Source: a virus (Duplodnaviria; Caudoviricetes). Taken from it: 64,000 bases of DNA. The stretch lies in IMG/VR virus record IMGVR_UViG_2845838682_000001; one strand, written 5' to 3'. Within the stretch, counting starts at the first letter, position 1; every line of letters begins with the position of its first letter. The notes under the pieces were generated by a model that saw only the letters and a program-made list of their open reading frames with translations, made no database searches and had not been told where the DNA came from. This document shows positions 34,460 to 44,436 of the stretch, one piece after another. The position numbers and the translations under genes are program-made.

Positions 34460-34519
34460 TAGGAATGGAAGGGGAAATTCAAGATTTTCGCAGGTCACAG
34501 GAGTGAAGGGGTGTCGGTG

Positions 34520-34554
34520 TCGCTATCCGTGTAGCGACCGTTTATGATCGAGAT
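34520..34554 (+). promoter_or_regulatory. Variant of the repeated promoter on the + strand, giving a leaderless transcript
   Basis: TCGCTA (34520-34525) N17 TATGAT (34543-34548) CGAGAT ATG. Confidence 0.65.
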
Positions 34555-34971
34555 ATGACCACGAGTGAGAAGGACACCGCGCTAGCCACCATCGGCCGCA
34601 TCCACGACGACCGCGCCCGCCTCGCCGACGAAGAGGTCGCCGCCGTCTCCACCGCCCGCCACCACACCACCGCCTGGCGCATCATCGCCGACGCCCTCGG
34701 CATGGCCCAACCCAACGCCGTCCGAAAATTCGGCAAGCGCCTGGCCACCCCCGGCGAGGCCGGCGACCCCGACCAGGCCCTCAGCGCCCTGCGACGCATC
34801 CAAACCGACCGCGAACACCTCGCCGACGAGGAGCTGCACGCCGTCGCCGCCGCCCGCACCCACGGCGCCACCTGGGACGAGATCGCCGCCCGCATGGGCC
34901 GCAAAACCCCCAACGTGCAGGTGTCGTTCGCGCCCAAGCTCACCACCACCACGACCGTCGCCGACGAGTAG
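34555..34971 (+). CDS. Tandem-duplicated HTH-like protein
   Basis: Two ~60-aa repeats: R..D.R..LADEE..AV..AR....W..IA..LG/MG....NV. Confidence 0.75.
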   Translation: MTTSEKDTALATIGRIHDDRARLADEEVAAVSTARHHTTAWRIIADALGMAQPNAVRKFGKRLATPGEAGDPDQALSALRRIQTDREHLADEELHAVAAARTHGATWDEIAARMGRKTPNVQVSFAPKLTTTTTVADE

Positions 34972-35030
34972 CCGACCACCGCTGCGGCTGTGACCCTTCC
35001 CCGGCCGATCCCGACCCCGCAGCCCGGCTC

Positions 35031-35732
35031 TCAGCGCCGCAGCACCTGGGCGTAGCAGCGGCACCGGAAATGCGCCGGCGGCCGCCCGGAGAACGCCTCC
35101 CAGTCCACCTCCCGGAGGGTGAAGCGCTCCCTGCTGCCGATCACCCGGCCGTGGGCGGGCCGGCAGATCGGGCACACCCGTTCGTCGCGGCGCGTGTACC
35201 ACTTCAGGTCGTAGGCGAAGAGGGCGGCGTACCAGGCCCGTCCTGCCGTGTGGGCGCGGGTGATCGCGGTCGCGGTGACGTTCCACACCCGGCTGGCGGT
35301 CTGCTGCACCGCCAGGGCGGGTTCGACGGCGCGCGGCCCGGTCTCCACGTGCAGCCCGCTCGTGGTGATGATGAAGCGGACGTCTTGGCGCAGGTCGACG
35401 TCCGCGGTGAGGTTCGCGGTCTGCGTGTCGTCGGGGATGCCGTCCTGTTCGCGCCCGTCGGGCGGGGGCGCCTCGGTGCGGGCGCCGGCGGCGCCGATGC
35501 GCACCGCCTGGCGGGCGGCGTTGGTCGCGGTGTCGGTGAGGGCGGCGCGGGCCTCGCGCAGCAGGCGGGCGACCCGGCCGCGCTGGCGGGTGCGGTCGAG
35601 GGGGGTGCGGGGGTTCTGCTCGGCCGCGCGCTGGGCCGGGACCAGGTGGCGTTCGATGTCCTCGCGGGTGGCCTCCTCCATGGCGTTGAGGTCGGGCGTG
35701 GTGTCGTCGGGCTCGGGCAGCGGCATCGCCAT
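35031..35732 (-). CDS. Phage minor head protein (MuF / SPP1 gp7-like)
   Basis: KWYTRRDERVCPICRPAHG..F..PPAHFRCRC C-terminal MuF signature. Confidence 0.85.
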   Translation of the reverse strand: MAMPLPEPDDTTPDLNAMEEATREDIERHLVPAQRAAEQNPRTPLDRTRQRGRVARLLREARAALTDTATNAARQAVRIGAAGARTEAPPPDGREQDGIPDDTQTANLTADVDLRQDVRFIITTSGLHVETGPRAVEPALAVQQTASRVWNVTATAITRAHTAGRAWYAALFAYDLKWYTRRDERVCPICRPAHGRVIGSRERFTLREVDWEAFSGRPPAHFRCRCYAQVLRR

Positions 35733-35748
35733 GGCTGTTTCCTCCGGA

Positions 35749-36482
35749 TCAGTCGTCGCCGTCGTCGATCTGGTTGATGATGTGGCGATACCGGGCGGTG
35801 GAGTACTCCAGCAGGCCGAGGATGCGGTGCGGCGGCATCTCGTCCTCGGGGCCCACGCGGAAGTTCACCGACATGCCTTTGTTCTCGGGGGCGAAGGACT
35901 CGGCGGCGCCGATGACGAGGAAGTCGGTGAGGTACCAGCCCTCCTCGATGGCCTCGCCGGTGGTCACGGTCCGGTCGAGGGCGGCGTGGATGCGGGCGTA
36001 GGGGCTCGGCGCCGGAGCGGGGGCCTCAGGCGGGTCGTCGGCGATGCCCCAGTGGGCGCGGCAGGTCATGCACACCACGTGGACTGGCCAGTCGGCCAGG
36101 TCGTCGTGGGTGCGGACGTTGATGACGTCGTAGGTGTGACCGGTGTCGCGGCATTCCTCAGCCGGCTCGGGGGCGGGGTGGGGTGTGGTCATGGATGGTC
36201 GTTTCTGTGGTCGGCGTGCTCTTGGGCGCGTTCGGATGCGCGGGCGATGCTGGTGGTCAGGGCGCGGAGAGCGAGGTGGGCGGGCCAGATGAGGCCGACG
36301 CCGATGGCGAAGCCGGCGTTGACGCGGCGCTGGTGAGCGATCCAGTCCAAGTTGCGGGAGCTGACCGGGAACCGTTTGATGTCGCGCGCGGTTTCTCGGG
36401 CGGCCCAGGTGGGTGCGACGCGGGCGAGGCCGTACCAGAGGTAGACGAAGACCAGGGCGAGGGCGATGGCCAGCGTGATCAT
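35749..36482 (-). other. Two hypothetical genes (35749-36192; membrane protein 36189-36482)
   Basis: ATGA overlaps; hydrophobic N-terminus in the second. Confidence 0.55.
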
Positions 36483-37069
36483 GACGCCTCCGCGGGGGCG
36501 GGTTCGGCGATGCCGAGGCGGCGCAGGCACACCATGAGGTGGCGGGCGTCGGCGAGCGCGTCGTGGGCGCCGGCCTCCTGGTCGGGAACGGCCGCATCAG
36601 GGCGGTGCGCCAACTCCTGCTGGAGGTCGCGCGTGAACATCGGCAGCCCTTGAGGCAGGCGGATCATCGGCCCCCAGAGCTGGGCGAGGGCGACGTGGTT
36701 GTAGGCCCCGAAGTCGGCCCACAGCTCCGGCTCACCGGCGGCGAGGAGGAACTCCCGCACCTCGTTGGCGACGACCCACCGCGGTTTCACGCGGGCGTCG
36801 GTGTGGTCGGGGCCGACGCTGTTCACCAGCGGTTTCGGCCACTGGCGCTGGCCGGTCTTCAGGTAGGCGTCCACCTGTTTGCGGCCGGTGATGGGCAGGT
36901 GCGGCACGACGTTGCGCATCAGCCAGTCGTGCTCGCGGATGCGGTCCCAGCCGGCGTCGGCGACCACGGCGTAGTACTCGCGGCCGTCCTCGCACACGAT
37001 GGCGAGCGAGATCGGGTCGATGACCTTCCCGTCCTCGTGGAACTCGAAGTCGTAGGCATAGCAGGTCAT
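36479..37069 (-). CDS. 3'-5' exoribonuclease (RNase AS-like DEDDh)
   Basis: YDFEF..ISLAIVCEDGREYYAV..WL..NVVPHL..AYNHVALAQLWG..TRDL..HDALADARH. Confidence 0.85.
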   Translation of the reverse strand: MTCYAYDFEFHEDGKVIDPISLAIVCEDGREYYAVVADAGWDRIREHDWLMRNVVPHLPITGRKQVDAYLKTGQRQWPKPLVNSVGPDHTDARVKPRWVVANEVREFLLAAGEPELWADFGAYNHVALAQLWGPMIRLPQGLPMFTRDLQQELAHRPDAAVPDQEAGAHDALADARHLMVCLRRLGIAEPAPAEAS

Positions 37070-37073
37070 GGCG

Positions 37074-37882
37074 TTACAGGCTCCGGATGACGTTGCGGAT
37101 GGGGCGCCGGTGGTCGGCGGTCGGCAGGGTGAGGTGGTCGTCGCCGCCGGGCGGGACGACGATGCTGGGGTGCCGCAGCGGGCAGGGGGCGCCGCCGCGG
37201 GTGTGGTGGGGGTAGAGCAGGTCGGCGGTGGTGAGCGCGACCGTGCGGGAGCAGTAGGGGCACGTGGTGCGGGGGCGGCGCATCAGTCCTCCTCGGTTCG
37301 GGCGACGATCTGGCGGGTGCCGCAGTGGGCGCAGGGGACCTCGACGAGACCGTCGGGCAGGTGCAGGCGGCGCGTGGACCCGAAGGTGGTGACGTCGATG
37401 GTTTCGCGGACCTGATCGAGGTCGTCGGGGGCGGGGTCGGTGTATCCCTGGGGCGGGGTGTGGTGGCCGCGTTCGTGGCAGTCCTGGCGGTCGTGCCACT
37501 GCTCCAGCTCGGCGACGCGGTGCCCCACGGAGATTCCCGGTGGCGGGGTGCGGTCGCGGTGCCACGCGCGCGCCTCCATGGCGGCCAGGCCGGCGGTTAC
37601 GAGGGTGAGCCCCACCCGCAGCGGCGGGAACTCTTCGAGGATCAGAAACGGCAGGCTGGTGAGGGTGAGGACCGTAAGCACCACGGTCCCGACGGCGTGG
37701 CGGCTGAGGCGGGTCCAGCGGCGGCGGGCGTGGTCCAGGGCGGCGACCGCGGCGAGCAGCGCCAGCATGGGCACGGTGAGGATCAGGACGAGCCAGCCGT
37801 GTTCGAGGATGAGGCGCGCGTACATCGCGACCAGTCCCACGGTCGCCAGGCCCAGGACGGCGGGGAGCAGGTAGCGCTTCAT
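37074..37882 (-). other. Small Zn-ribbon gene (37074-37283) and 4-TM membrane protein gene (37283-37882)
   Basis: CPYC..H..C motif; four hydrophobic segments. Confidence 0.55.
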
Positions 37883-38649
37883 GCGGGGTCCTCGGTGTCG
37901 GGCAGGGCGCGCATGCCGTTGGCGAGCGCGTCGGTTCCGGGGCCGGCCCCGAGGACGTTGTCCTGCAGGTAGCGCGCGCACCGTTCGCGCTCCTGCCGGC
38001 GGATGGTCTGGGCGTCCTCGTCGTCGCCCTCGATGGCGAAGCGCAGGTCCGCGCGTGCTCGGGCTGCGCGGCGGCGGGCGGATTCCCAGGCGGTGTGGTA
38101 CCTCTCGGCCTGGTTGTGGGCGGTTTCGGCCGGGTGGCACCAGTGGGGGTCGTGGGGGTTGCCGGTGGTGCCCCAGGGCAGCATCAGCCCGTCACCCGCA
38201 CGCCGCGGCACCACGTGGACGTGCAGGTGGAACACGGACTGGGTGGCCGGCTTTCCGATGGAGGTGAGGATGTTGGAGTGCTCGGCCTCGGCGGCGAGCT
38301 GGACGGCGCGGCGCATGGTGGCCGCGGCGATGTCGGGGTCGGTGGCGGCCGAGTCCACGTGCACCCGGGGGATCACGAGGGTGTGCCCTTCCACCACGGG
38401 GTTGAGTGGGGTGAAGGCGATCGCGTCCTTCCACTCCCGGACGATGGTGGCGGGTTCGTCGCCGGCGAGAATGGCGCAGAACACGCAGGGCGGGGCATGG
38501 TCGGTGTGGCAGCGGCAGGCGCACTGGAAGAACAGCAGCTCGCCGGGGCACAGGTCGTGGCCTTCGGGAGCCTGGTCGAGGCAGGCGTCGTAGCACAGCG
38601 GGCCGATGCCGCCGCGCTCGGGCAGGTCGCGCTTGGTGTAGGTGGGCAT
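37879..38649 (-). CDS. HIT-family nucleotide hydrolase with Cys-rich N-terminal extension
   Basis: CVFCAI..FTPLNP..GHTLVIPRVH..ATQSVFHLHVHVVPR. Confidence 0.9.
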   Translation of the reverse strand: MPTYTKRDLPERGGIGPLCYDACLDQAPEGHDLCPGELLFFQCACRCHTDHAPPCVFCAILAGDEPATIVREWKDAIAFTPLNPVVEGHTLVIPRVHVDSAATDPDIAAATMRRAVQLAAEAEHSNILTSIGKPATQSVFHLHVHVVPRRAGDGLMLPWGTTGNPHDPHWCHPAETAHNQAERYHTAWESARRRAARARADLRFAIEGDDEDAQTIRRQERERCARYLQDNVLGAGPGTDALANGMRALPDTEDPA

Positions 38650-39980
38650 CAGGCGTCCGTCTCTTCGTGTCCGATCTCGGTGAGGCGGGGGTCGAGTTCT
38701 TCGTCGGCGGGCACGGTGGTCATGGCGGTGACGAGGCGATGCGCAGCGTCGTAGACCGATGGGGCGCACCCGGTGGCCTGGATCCGGTCGAGGAGGTCGG
38801 CCAGCTCCGCGGGGGCGGGGCGCAGCTGGTGTTCGCGCAGCAGGGTGGCGGCTTGGCGCAGCCGCAGGTGGCTCCTCATCCGCCGGCCGCGGGGGCGTGG
38901 GCGTAGGGGGAGTAGCCGCATCCCTGGCACAGCGCCATTTCGCCGATGCGGATGACGCTCTCGTCGAGGGTGGTGTAGGTGGTCAGGCGCAGCAGGGTGC
39001 TGCGGTGGCAGGCGGGGCACGATTCTTCGGTGGCGGCGCCGTTGGTGATGCGGATGTCTCCGGGGTCGGCGACCGCGTCGTCATCGATGAGGTCGTCGCC
39101 GAGTTCGGCGAGGACGGCGGCGGTGAGCTGGTTGGTTTCCTCCCACCGCAGCCGCACCTCGGCGCCGCCGTAGGCCGCGCGCCAGGTGTCGGCGGTGAGG
39201 CAGATGGGGCGCGACAGCGCTTGAGTGAGGCGGGCGCGCAGCGTTTCGGTGGTCACTGGCCTCACGCCCTCCAGACCGGGAGCTGGTGCGCCGGGTGGGC
39301 GGCGAGTTGGGGGTCGAACCGCACCGGTGTCGACATGGCCGGGGTGGCGGTCGGCCCGGTTGCGGGCCCGTCGCCGCGGCGGTGGCGGGTGTGCAGGTCG
39401 GTGAGGTCGGCGACGGTCACCCCGGGGAACCCGACTGGTTCGCGGGTGAAGGCGTCGCGGCCCAGGTTGAGGGTGCGTACGGCGTGGGCGATGGCGGCGA
39501 ACGCCTCGTTGCGGGCGTCGTCGGTGGCGGCGTCGAGCTGGATGGCGACGGTGATCGTCCGGTCCAGCACGGTGATGCGATGGCGGGTCATTCGCGGGCT
39601 CCGGTGGGTGCGGTGGCGGGCAGGTCGGCGAGGAGGCGGCGGACCTCGTCACGGGAGCGGCGTCGGCGGAGCTGGGGGCGGTTGGCCGCGGAGGTGTAGC
39701 GGTTGCAGGCGCGGGCGAACCGTTTGCGGGCGTGCAGCGGCCCGGTCAGGTCGAGGCTGTGGGTGCGCAACAGCAGCCGGCCGTCGTGGGTGTGGGTGGC
39801 GGTGAGGCCGTAGGCGCGGGCGCGCAGCGCGAGGGTGACGGGAACCGTGTGGCCGAATCGCGGGTGTCCGAGCGCCGTGACGAGGACCACGACCGTTGAT
39901 TCGTCATCCACAGGCCCGTATCTCTTGAACCCGTCGGTGGCGGGGGCGAGCGATTCGTCGCCGCTGTTTCGTGGGGTCAT
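38649..39980 (-). other. Four small hypothetical genes (38649-38879, 38876-39256, 39262-39591, 39588-39980)
   Basis: Tightly packed ORFs, mostly overlapping by 1-4 nt. Confidence 0.55.
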
Positions 39981-40088
39981 GGTGCTCCCAGGTCGGGCGA
40001 TGCGTTTGTGCTATCGATCTCGTGTCGACGATAGCCGCACGTTATGGTGAGGGCACGTGTTGGTGGGAAACGCCGTGAGCTGGACACG

Positions 40089-40137
40089 ACGAAGGGCCCA
40101 GAGGTGGGGGAACCTCTGGGCCCTTCGTTTGTCGTTT
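40089..40137. terminator. 17-bp perfect hairpin terminator
   Basis: ACGAAGGGCCCAGAGGT-GGGGGA-ACCTCTGGGCCCTTCGT followed by TTGTCGTTT. Confidence 0.85.
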
Positions 40138-40164
40138 GTGGTTCGTCGAGCTCCGGGTCAGGTC

Positions 40165-40695
40165 CTATTGGTCGGCGTCGGGCGGTCGGGGGTTGGCAAG
40201 TTTCGCCAGTTCGTCGCGAGCGGCTCGAACGTGTTCGTCAATGGCCTCCAGATGATGGTTCAGGGCGCCGCGATGCCCTTCGGCCAGGCGGGCGTTATGG
40301 TCCGCGCTGGTCTCCTGGATTTCGGTGACGATCGCGCCGAGCGTGGAGCCCATGATGGCGGCTTCACGGGCGGCGGCGATGAAGAAGCAGGCGGCCATGA
40401 CGGGAGTGGGGCCGGCGTTGGGCAGGAGAGTTGCGCCGGTGAACTTCAGGCGGGCGGCGGCCAGGGAGAACGCGGTTTGGGGGTCGTTCCTGGTGCCGTT
40501 GTAGGCGTTGTATGCCTGGGTTGCCGCGTCGTAGCCGGAGTCATCGGCGGAGTATAGGTAGCGGTCGAGGTGGGCCATCAGCGCCCCGGCGAGCTGATAG
40601 ACGTCGCCGGCGGTGAGTTCGTTGTGCTCTGGCATGTGCGGGTTGAGGGCGTGCAGAGCGGTGTCGAGGCGATGTGCGTCATCGCTGGTGACCAC
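40165..40695 (-). CDS. Hypothetical protein
   Basis: GTG start with GGAGGA RBS; ends at the strong hairpin. Confidence 0.6.
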   Translation of the reverse strand: MVTSDDAHRLDTALHALNPHMPEHNELTAGDVYQLAGALMAHLDRYLYSADDSGYDAATQAYNAYNGTRNDPQTAFSLAAARLKFTGATLLPNAGPTPVMAACFFIAAAREAAIMGSTLGAIVTEIQETSADHNARLAEGHRGALNHHLEAIDEHVRAARDELAKLANPRPPDADQ

Positions 40696-40877
40696 GGGTC
40701 CTCCTGTGCGTGCGGGAGTATGGGGCGGCCAGTATGTAAGGGGTATGGCCTGCGGATCTAGAGTTTCTGCGCAGGTCAGGTATCCGGTGGCCTGGTGTGG
40801 CCGGTGGGGCAACCATGGGGGCCGGTTCGGCGTCGTACCAGGTGGTCTCGACTACCCCCGACCGAGTGGAGCCTCGG

Positions 40878-41315
40878 ATGCGCCCCTTCTTCTTCCTGTC
40901 CGCCGTTGCCGCCGCCCTGGTGCTGAGCGCCTGCGGCGGCGCTTCGGAGCCGGCCCCGGATGCGTCGTCGGCTCCGGCTACCGCCCCGGCCGAGATGTCG
41001 TCGGAGCCCGCCCAGGCGGCGGAAACCGCGGAGGCGTCCGCGGGCCCCGCGGACCCGGAGGCGGCGGCGAGCCTGCTGTGCATGGACCTGCGGTTGGCGG
41101 ACTCCTACCGCGACGCGGGCACGCCTGGCGATGAGGCTGAGGCCATGGCGCTGGAGCTGGGGGCGGCCACGGACGCCTTGGACGAGGGGTCGGCGCATCC
41201 GGAGCTGCACGCGATCGCGATGGAGCACATGGGCGACCCGGAGGCGACTGCGGCGGCGTTGAAGGACTGGTGCAAGGAGCACACCGAGCCGGTCAACCCG
41301 TCCTCGCCCTGGTAG
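40878..41315 (+). CDS. Lipoprotein (counter-oriented accessory gene)
   Basis: MRPFFFLSAVAAALVLSA-C lipobox, Pro/Ala/Ser linker, small helical domain with two Cys; GC hairpin at ~41328-41355 follows. Confidence 0.85.
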   Translation: MRPFFFLSAVAAALVLSACGGASEPAPDASSAPATAPAEMSSEPAQAAETAEASAGPADPEAAASLLCMDLRLADSYRDAGTPGDEAEAMALELGAATDALDEGSAHPELHAIAMEHMGDPEATAAALKDWCKEHTEPVNPSSPW

Positions 41316-41365
41316 GGCCTACGGCGGCGGCCCGCCCGCGGCCTGCGGGCGGGCCGTGTGATTCT

Positions 41366-43434
41366 TCAGCCGATGTCGCGCCGGTAGTGGCGGCGCAGCG
41401 ACCGGAGGGCGGCCGCGCGGGTCCACCCGCTGCCGCACCGGGTCAGCCCTGCCGGGAAGGGTGTGGGTTCGGCGAGGTAGCCGTTGAAGCTGGTGCGGAC
41501 CTCGCGCCACTGCCCGGCGCGGGCGCGTTCGAACAGGCCGCGGGCGGCGTGGCCGAGCTTGCTGTACGCCTCCCGGCTGCGGCCGAGGTAGCGGAACGTG
41601 CGGTAGGCGACGAGCAGGTCGTGGAGGACCCCGACGGGGTAGGTGTCCACGGTCAGCCCTGTGACGGGGTCGCGGACTGTGCCACGCGGGTCGGCATCGT
41701 GCTTCACGCAGTCATCTTCTCCTTCGTCGGCGGCCACCGTGCCGGGGCGCAGGCCGGCGTGTTCGGCGGGGTGGGTGTCCATCCGGTGGAGGATGAGCTG
41801 TGCGGTGGGGGAGACCGCCGGGTTGTGCCAGGCGGTCCAGTCGCACAGAGCGCAACTCAGTAGCCCGCCGGGGCCGCGCCAATCGCCGACGCGGGTCACC
41901 GGCTGTTCCCGTCCTGCTCGGCGCGGAGCTGCTCCAGCTCCCGCATACGCTCCCGGGCCACCTCGACCACGACGCCTGGCCGCAACAGGACCGCGATGTG
42001 GGGTTTGCCGAGCGCGGTCGCCGTTTCGTGGATGAGGTCGTGGTAGCGGGTGGCGTCCGCGGAGGCCAGGCGGTGCATCTTCTTCCAGTGCTGCACCGGC
42101 CCGAACGGCAGATTGTGGAGCGCGAACAGCACGATGACCACGGCCAGGCCGATGGCGACGAGCACGAGGATCGCGCCGGCGGTCCACATCAGGAACGTCT
42201 CAGGGCTCACCGGGTCCTCCTCTCGTGGCAGGGGCACGCGCATGCCGGGTCGGGGCCTGCGGTCGTGTGGTCGCAGGCCGAGTACATGCAGTTGGGCGTC
42301 GGCGCGGGGCAGGAGGCGGGCTCGTGGGCGTACTGCGGGAGTTCGCCGTGCAGCCAGCCGAGGGCGGGTCCTGCCCAGTGCAGGGGACGGCGGCAGTTCG
42401 CGCACCCGTCGTCGTGTTCTGCCATGGCGGAGCTCACTGGTCCGGCTCCGCCGGCTCGCGGACCTGGCGGTCCCACCGGGGGCGGTTGGCGTGTGCCGCG
42501 CGGAGCTTCGCGCGGATCGCCTTGGGGCTCGCGTGCTGCGCAAACAGGTCAGCGCTCATCGGGCACCTCGTGTTTTCGCCAACGGCTGCACTCACATTCC
42601 GAGCAGGCGCCGATGTGACGACGGTGGTCGTCACGGCCATGGCCGCACGTCCCGGACTCAATGGATTCGCGCACCTTCTCGGGCGAGAACGTGGGCAGCT
42701 TCGCCCCGTAGGTGCCTTCCGGCTGCTTGGCGTTCTTGGCCCACCGGTAGAGCGTGGACGTTTTGCTGCGGGAGGTCCGCTGCAGCGGCTTGCGTTGGGA
42801 TCGGATCACTGGCCACCTCCGAAGCGTCCGACGATTCCGTGATCCGTGCGGAGGATCTGGCGGATGCGTCGCCGGAGTTCTTCCTCCTTCTGCTCACGCT
42901 CCTTCCGCGTCTCGCTGATGGTCTTCAGCGTCGTGTACAGGGTCTCGTTCGCCCGCTCGATGCCGTCGACGCGCTGAACGAGCTGGGCGAGGTAGAGGGG
43001 TTCCCCCTGGCCGCGGGCGGCCATGAGGGTGGCGAAGGCGAGCTGCCAACGGTCCGGGTCCTCGATCTGCTCAGGGGTGAGGGTGGTCGGGTCCTCGTTG
43101 GTGAGGGCGGCGAGGACGTGAGTCTTCCAGTCACAGGCGTTCGGTTCGCTCATCGGTTTCCTTCCTCGGTATCGGGGCGGTGGTTCTGCAGGTCGGCGCG
43201 GATGCGGCTGACGAAGTCGCGGACCCGGTCGGGGTGGGAGGGTTCGTTTCGGCCGTTGGTGCGCCACTCGTCGTCGGCGCGGGCGGCGGCGGTCTTGCGG
43301 TAGCCCCGGCAGCGGGCGATGTAGACGATCTCGGAGGCGGTCACGTCCGGGTCGGCGTCCGGTGGGGCGGCGCGGAGGATGTCGGCGACGCGGCGGCGCA
43401 GGTCGGCGTCCTCGTCCTCGCGGTGGCGGGTCAC
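41366..43434 (-). other. Cluster of ~7 small hypothetical genes (41366-41899, 41896-42210, 42207-42425, 42434-42559, 42549-42809, 42806-43153, 43150-43434)
   Basis: Chain of GTGA/ATGA overlaps; several Cys-rich, one with a TM helix. Confidence 0.55.
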
Positions 43435-44426
43435 CGGTCCGGCCCCGTCGCGACGGGCGGGCGCCGGCGGGTGGGCATCTCCTGCACGCGCAGGTCCTCG
43501 GGCCAGTGGGCGGGGTCGGCGCCCGTGGAGGAGCCCACCATTCCGCGCGCCCAAGCCGAGCCGAGCTGCTTGATGAACACGGCGGCGCCGGCCTGGTGGG
43601 CGTCGTCGCGCAGGCCCCGGATCCAGTCCAGGTCCACAGGGCGGGCGTCCGGCCCGGATTCGCCGCCGATGATGACCCAGTCCAGCGGCGGGGCCGTTTG
43701 CGTGCGCCAGGCCACCGGCTGTTCGGGTGTGGAGCAGTCCGAACATTCGGTGTGGGTGCCGTGGTGGTCGCGGTCGTGGCCGGTGTGGTCGTCGGGGGCC
43801 AGTCGCAGGGGGCCGAGTAGCGGTTCGGCGGAGATGAACCGCAGGGCGGCGCGGGTCTCCAGCAGGGCGGGGATGCGGATGTCGGCCCAGCGTTGGGTTT
43901 CGGCGCTCACCCCGACCCAGACGTTGGGCAGCGGCCAGGTCAGCTCGTCGGGCAGGGTCGTGGTGTTGTCGGCCATGGCCAGCTCCCACACGGCGCGGGC
44001 GACCGAGGCGCGAAACGTCAGCGAGTTCAGCAGGCTGCGCATGCGGCCGTGGCGCTTGGTGAGGATCTGGTACGTGTGCTGCGGGGTTGCTGCCATGACC
44101 GCCCAGATGCGGGCGATGGCGTCGGCGCCCACCTCGGCGTGGAACACGTCCGACATGGAGTTGACGAACACGGTGCGCGGGGTGCGCCACCGCAGCGGCG
44201 CGGTGATCACGTCCTCGTGGACGCTCACCCCGAACCCGGGGCCGGAGGTGGAGGGGCGGCCGTCGCGCTGGTACCGCGGGCTGCCCATGGCCTTCAGCCG
44301 CCGCGCCATGGTCGCGGCGTAGCAGTGGTCGCACCCCTGCGAGACCCGGTCGCATCCGGTGACGGGGTTCCAGGTGGTGCCGCGGGCGCCGTCGACGCCC
44401 TGAACCCATTCGATTCTGGTGGACAA
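43431..44426 (-). CDS. DUF5131 family (phage Gp37/Gp68, radical-SAM-like three-Cys protein)
   Basis: TTG start with GAAGGAG RBS; TWNPVTGCDRVSQGCDHCYA, VFVNSMSDVFH, YQILTKR, VWVGVSAE, RFISAEPLLG, WVIIGGESG, FIKQLG. Confidence 0.92.
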   Translation of the reverse strand: MSTRIEWVQGVDGARGTTWNPVTGCDRVSQGCDHCYAATMARRLKAMGSPRYQRDGRPSTSGPGFGVSVHEDVITAPLRWRTPRTVFVNSMSDVFHAEVGADAIARIWAVMAATPQHTYQILTKRHGRMRSLLNSLTFRASVARAVWELAMADNTTTLPDELTWPLPNVWVGVSAETQRWADIRIPALLETRAALRFISAEPLLGPLRLAPDDHTGHDRDHHGTHTECSDCSTPEQPVAWRTQTAPPLDWVIIGGESGPDARPVDLDWIRGLRDDAHQAGAAVFIKQLGSAWARGMVGSSTGADPAHWPEDLRVQEMPTRRRPPVATGPDR

Positions 44427-44436
44427 CGCTTCTCCT

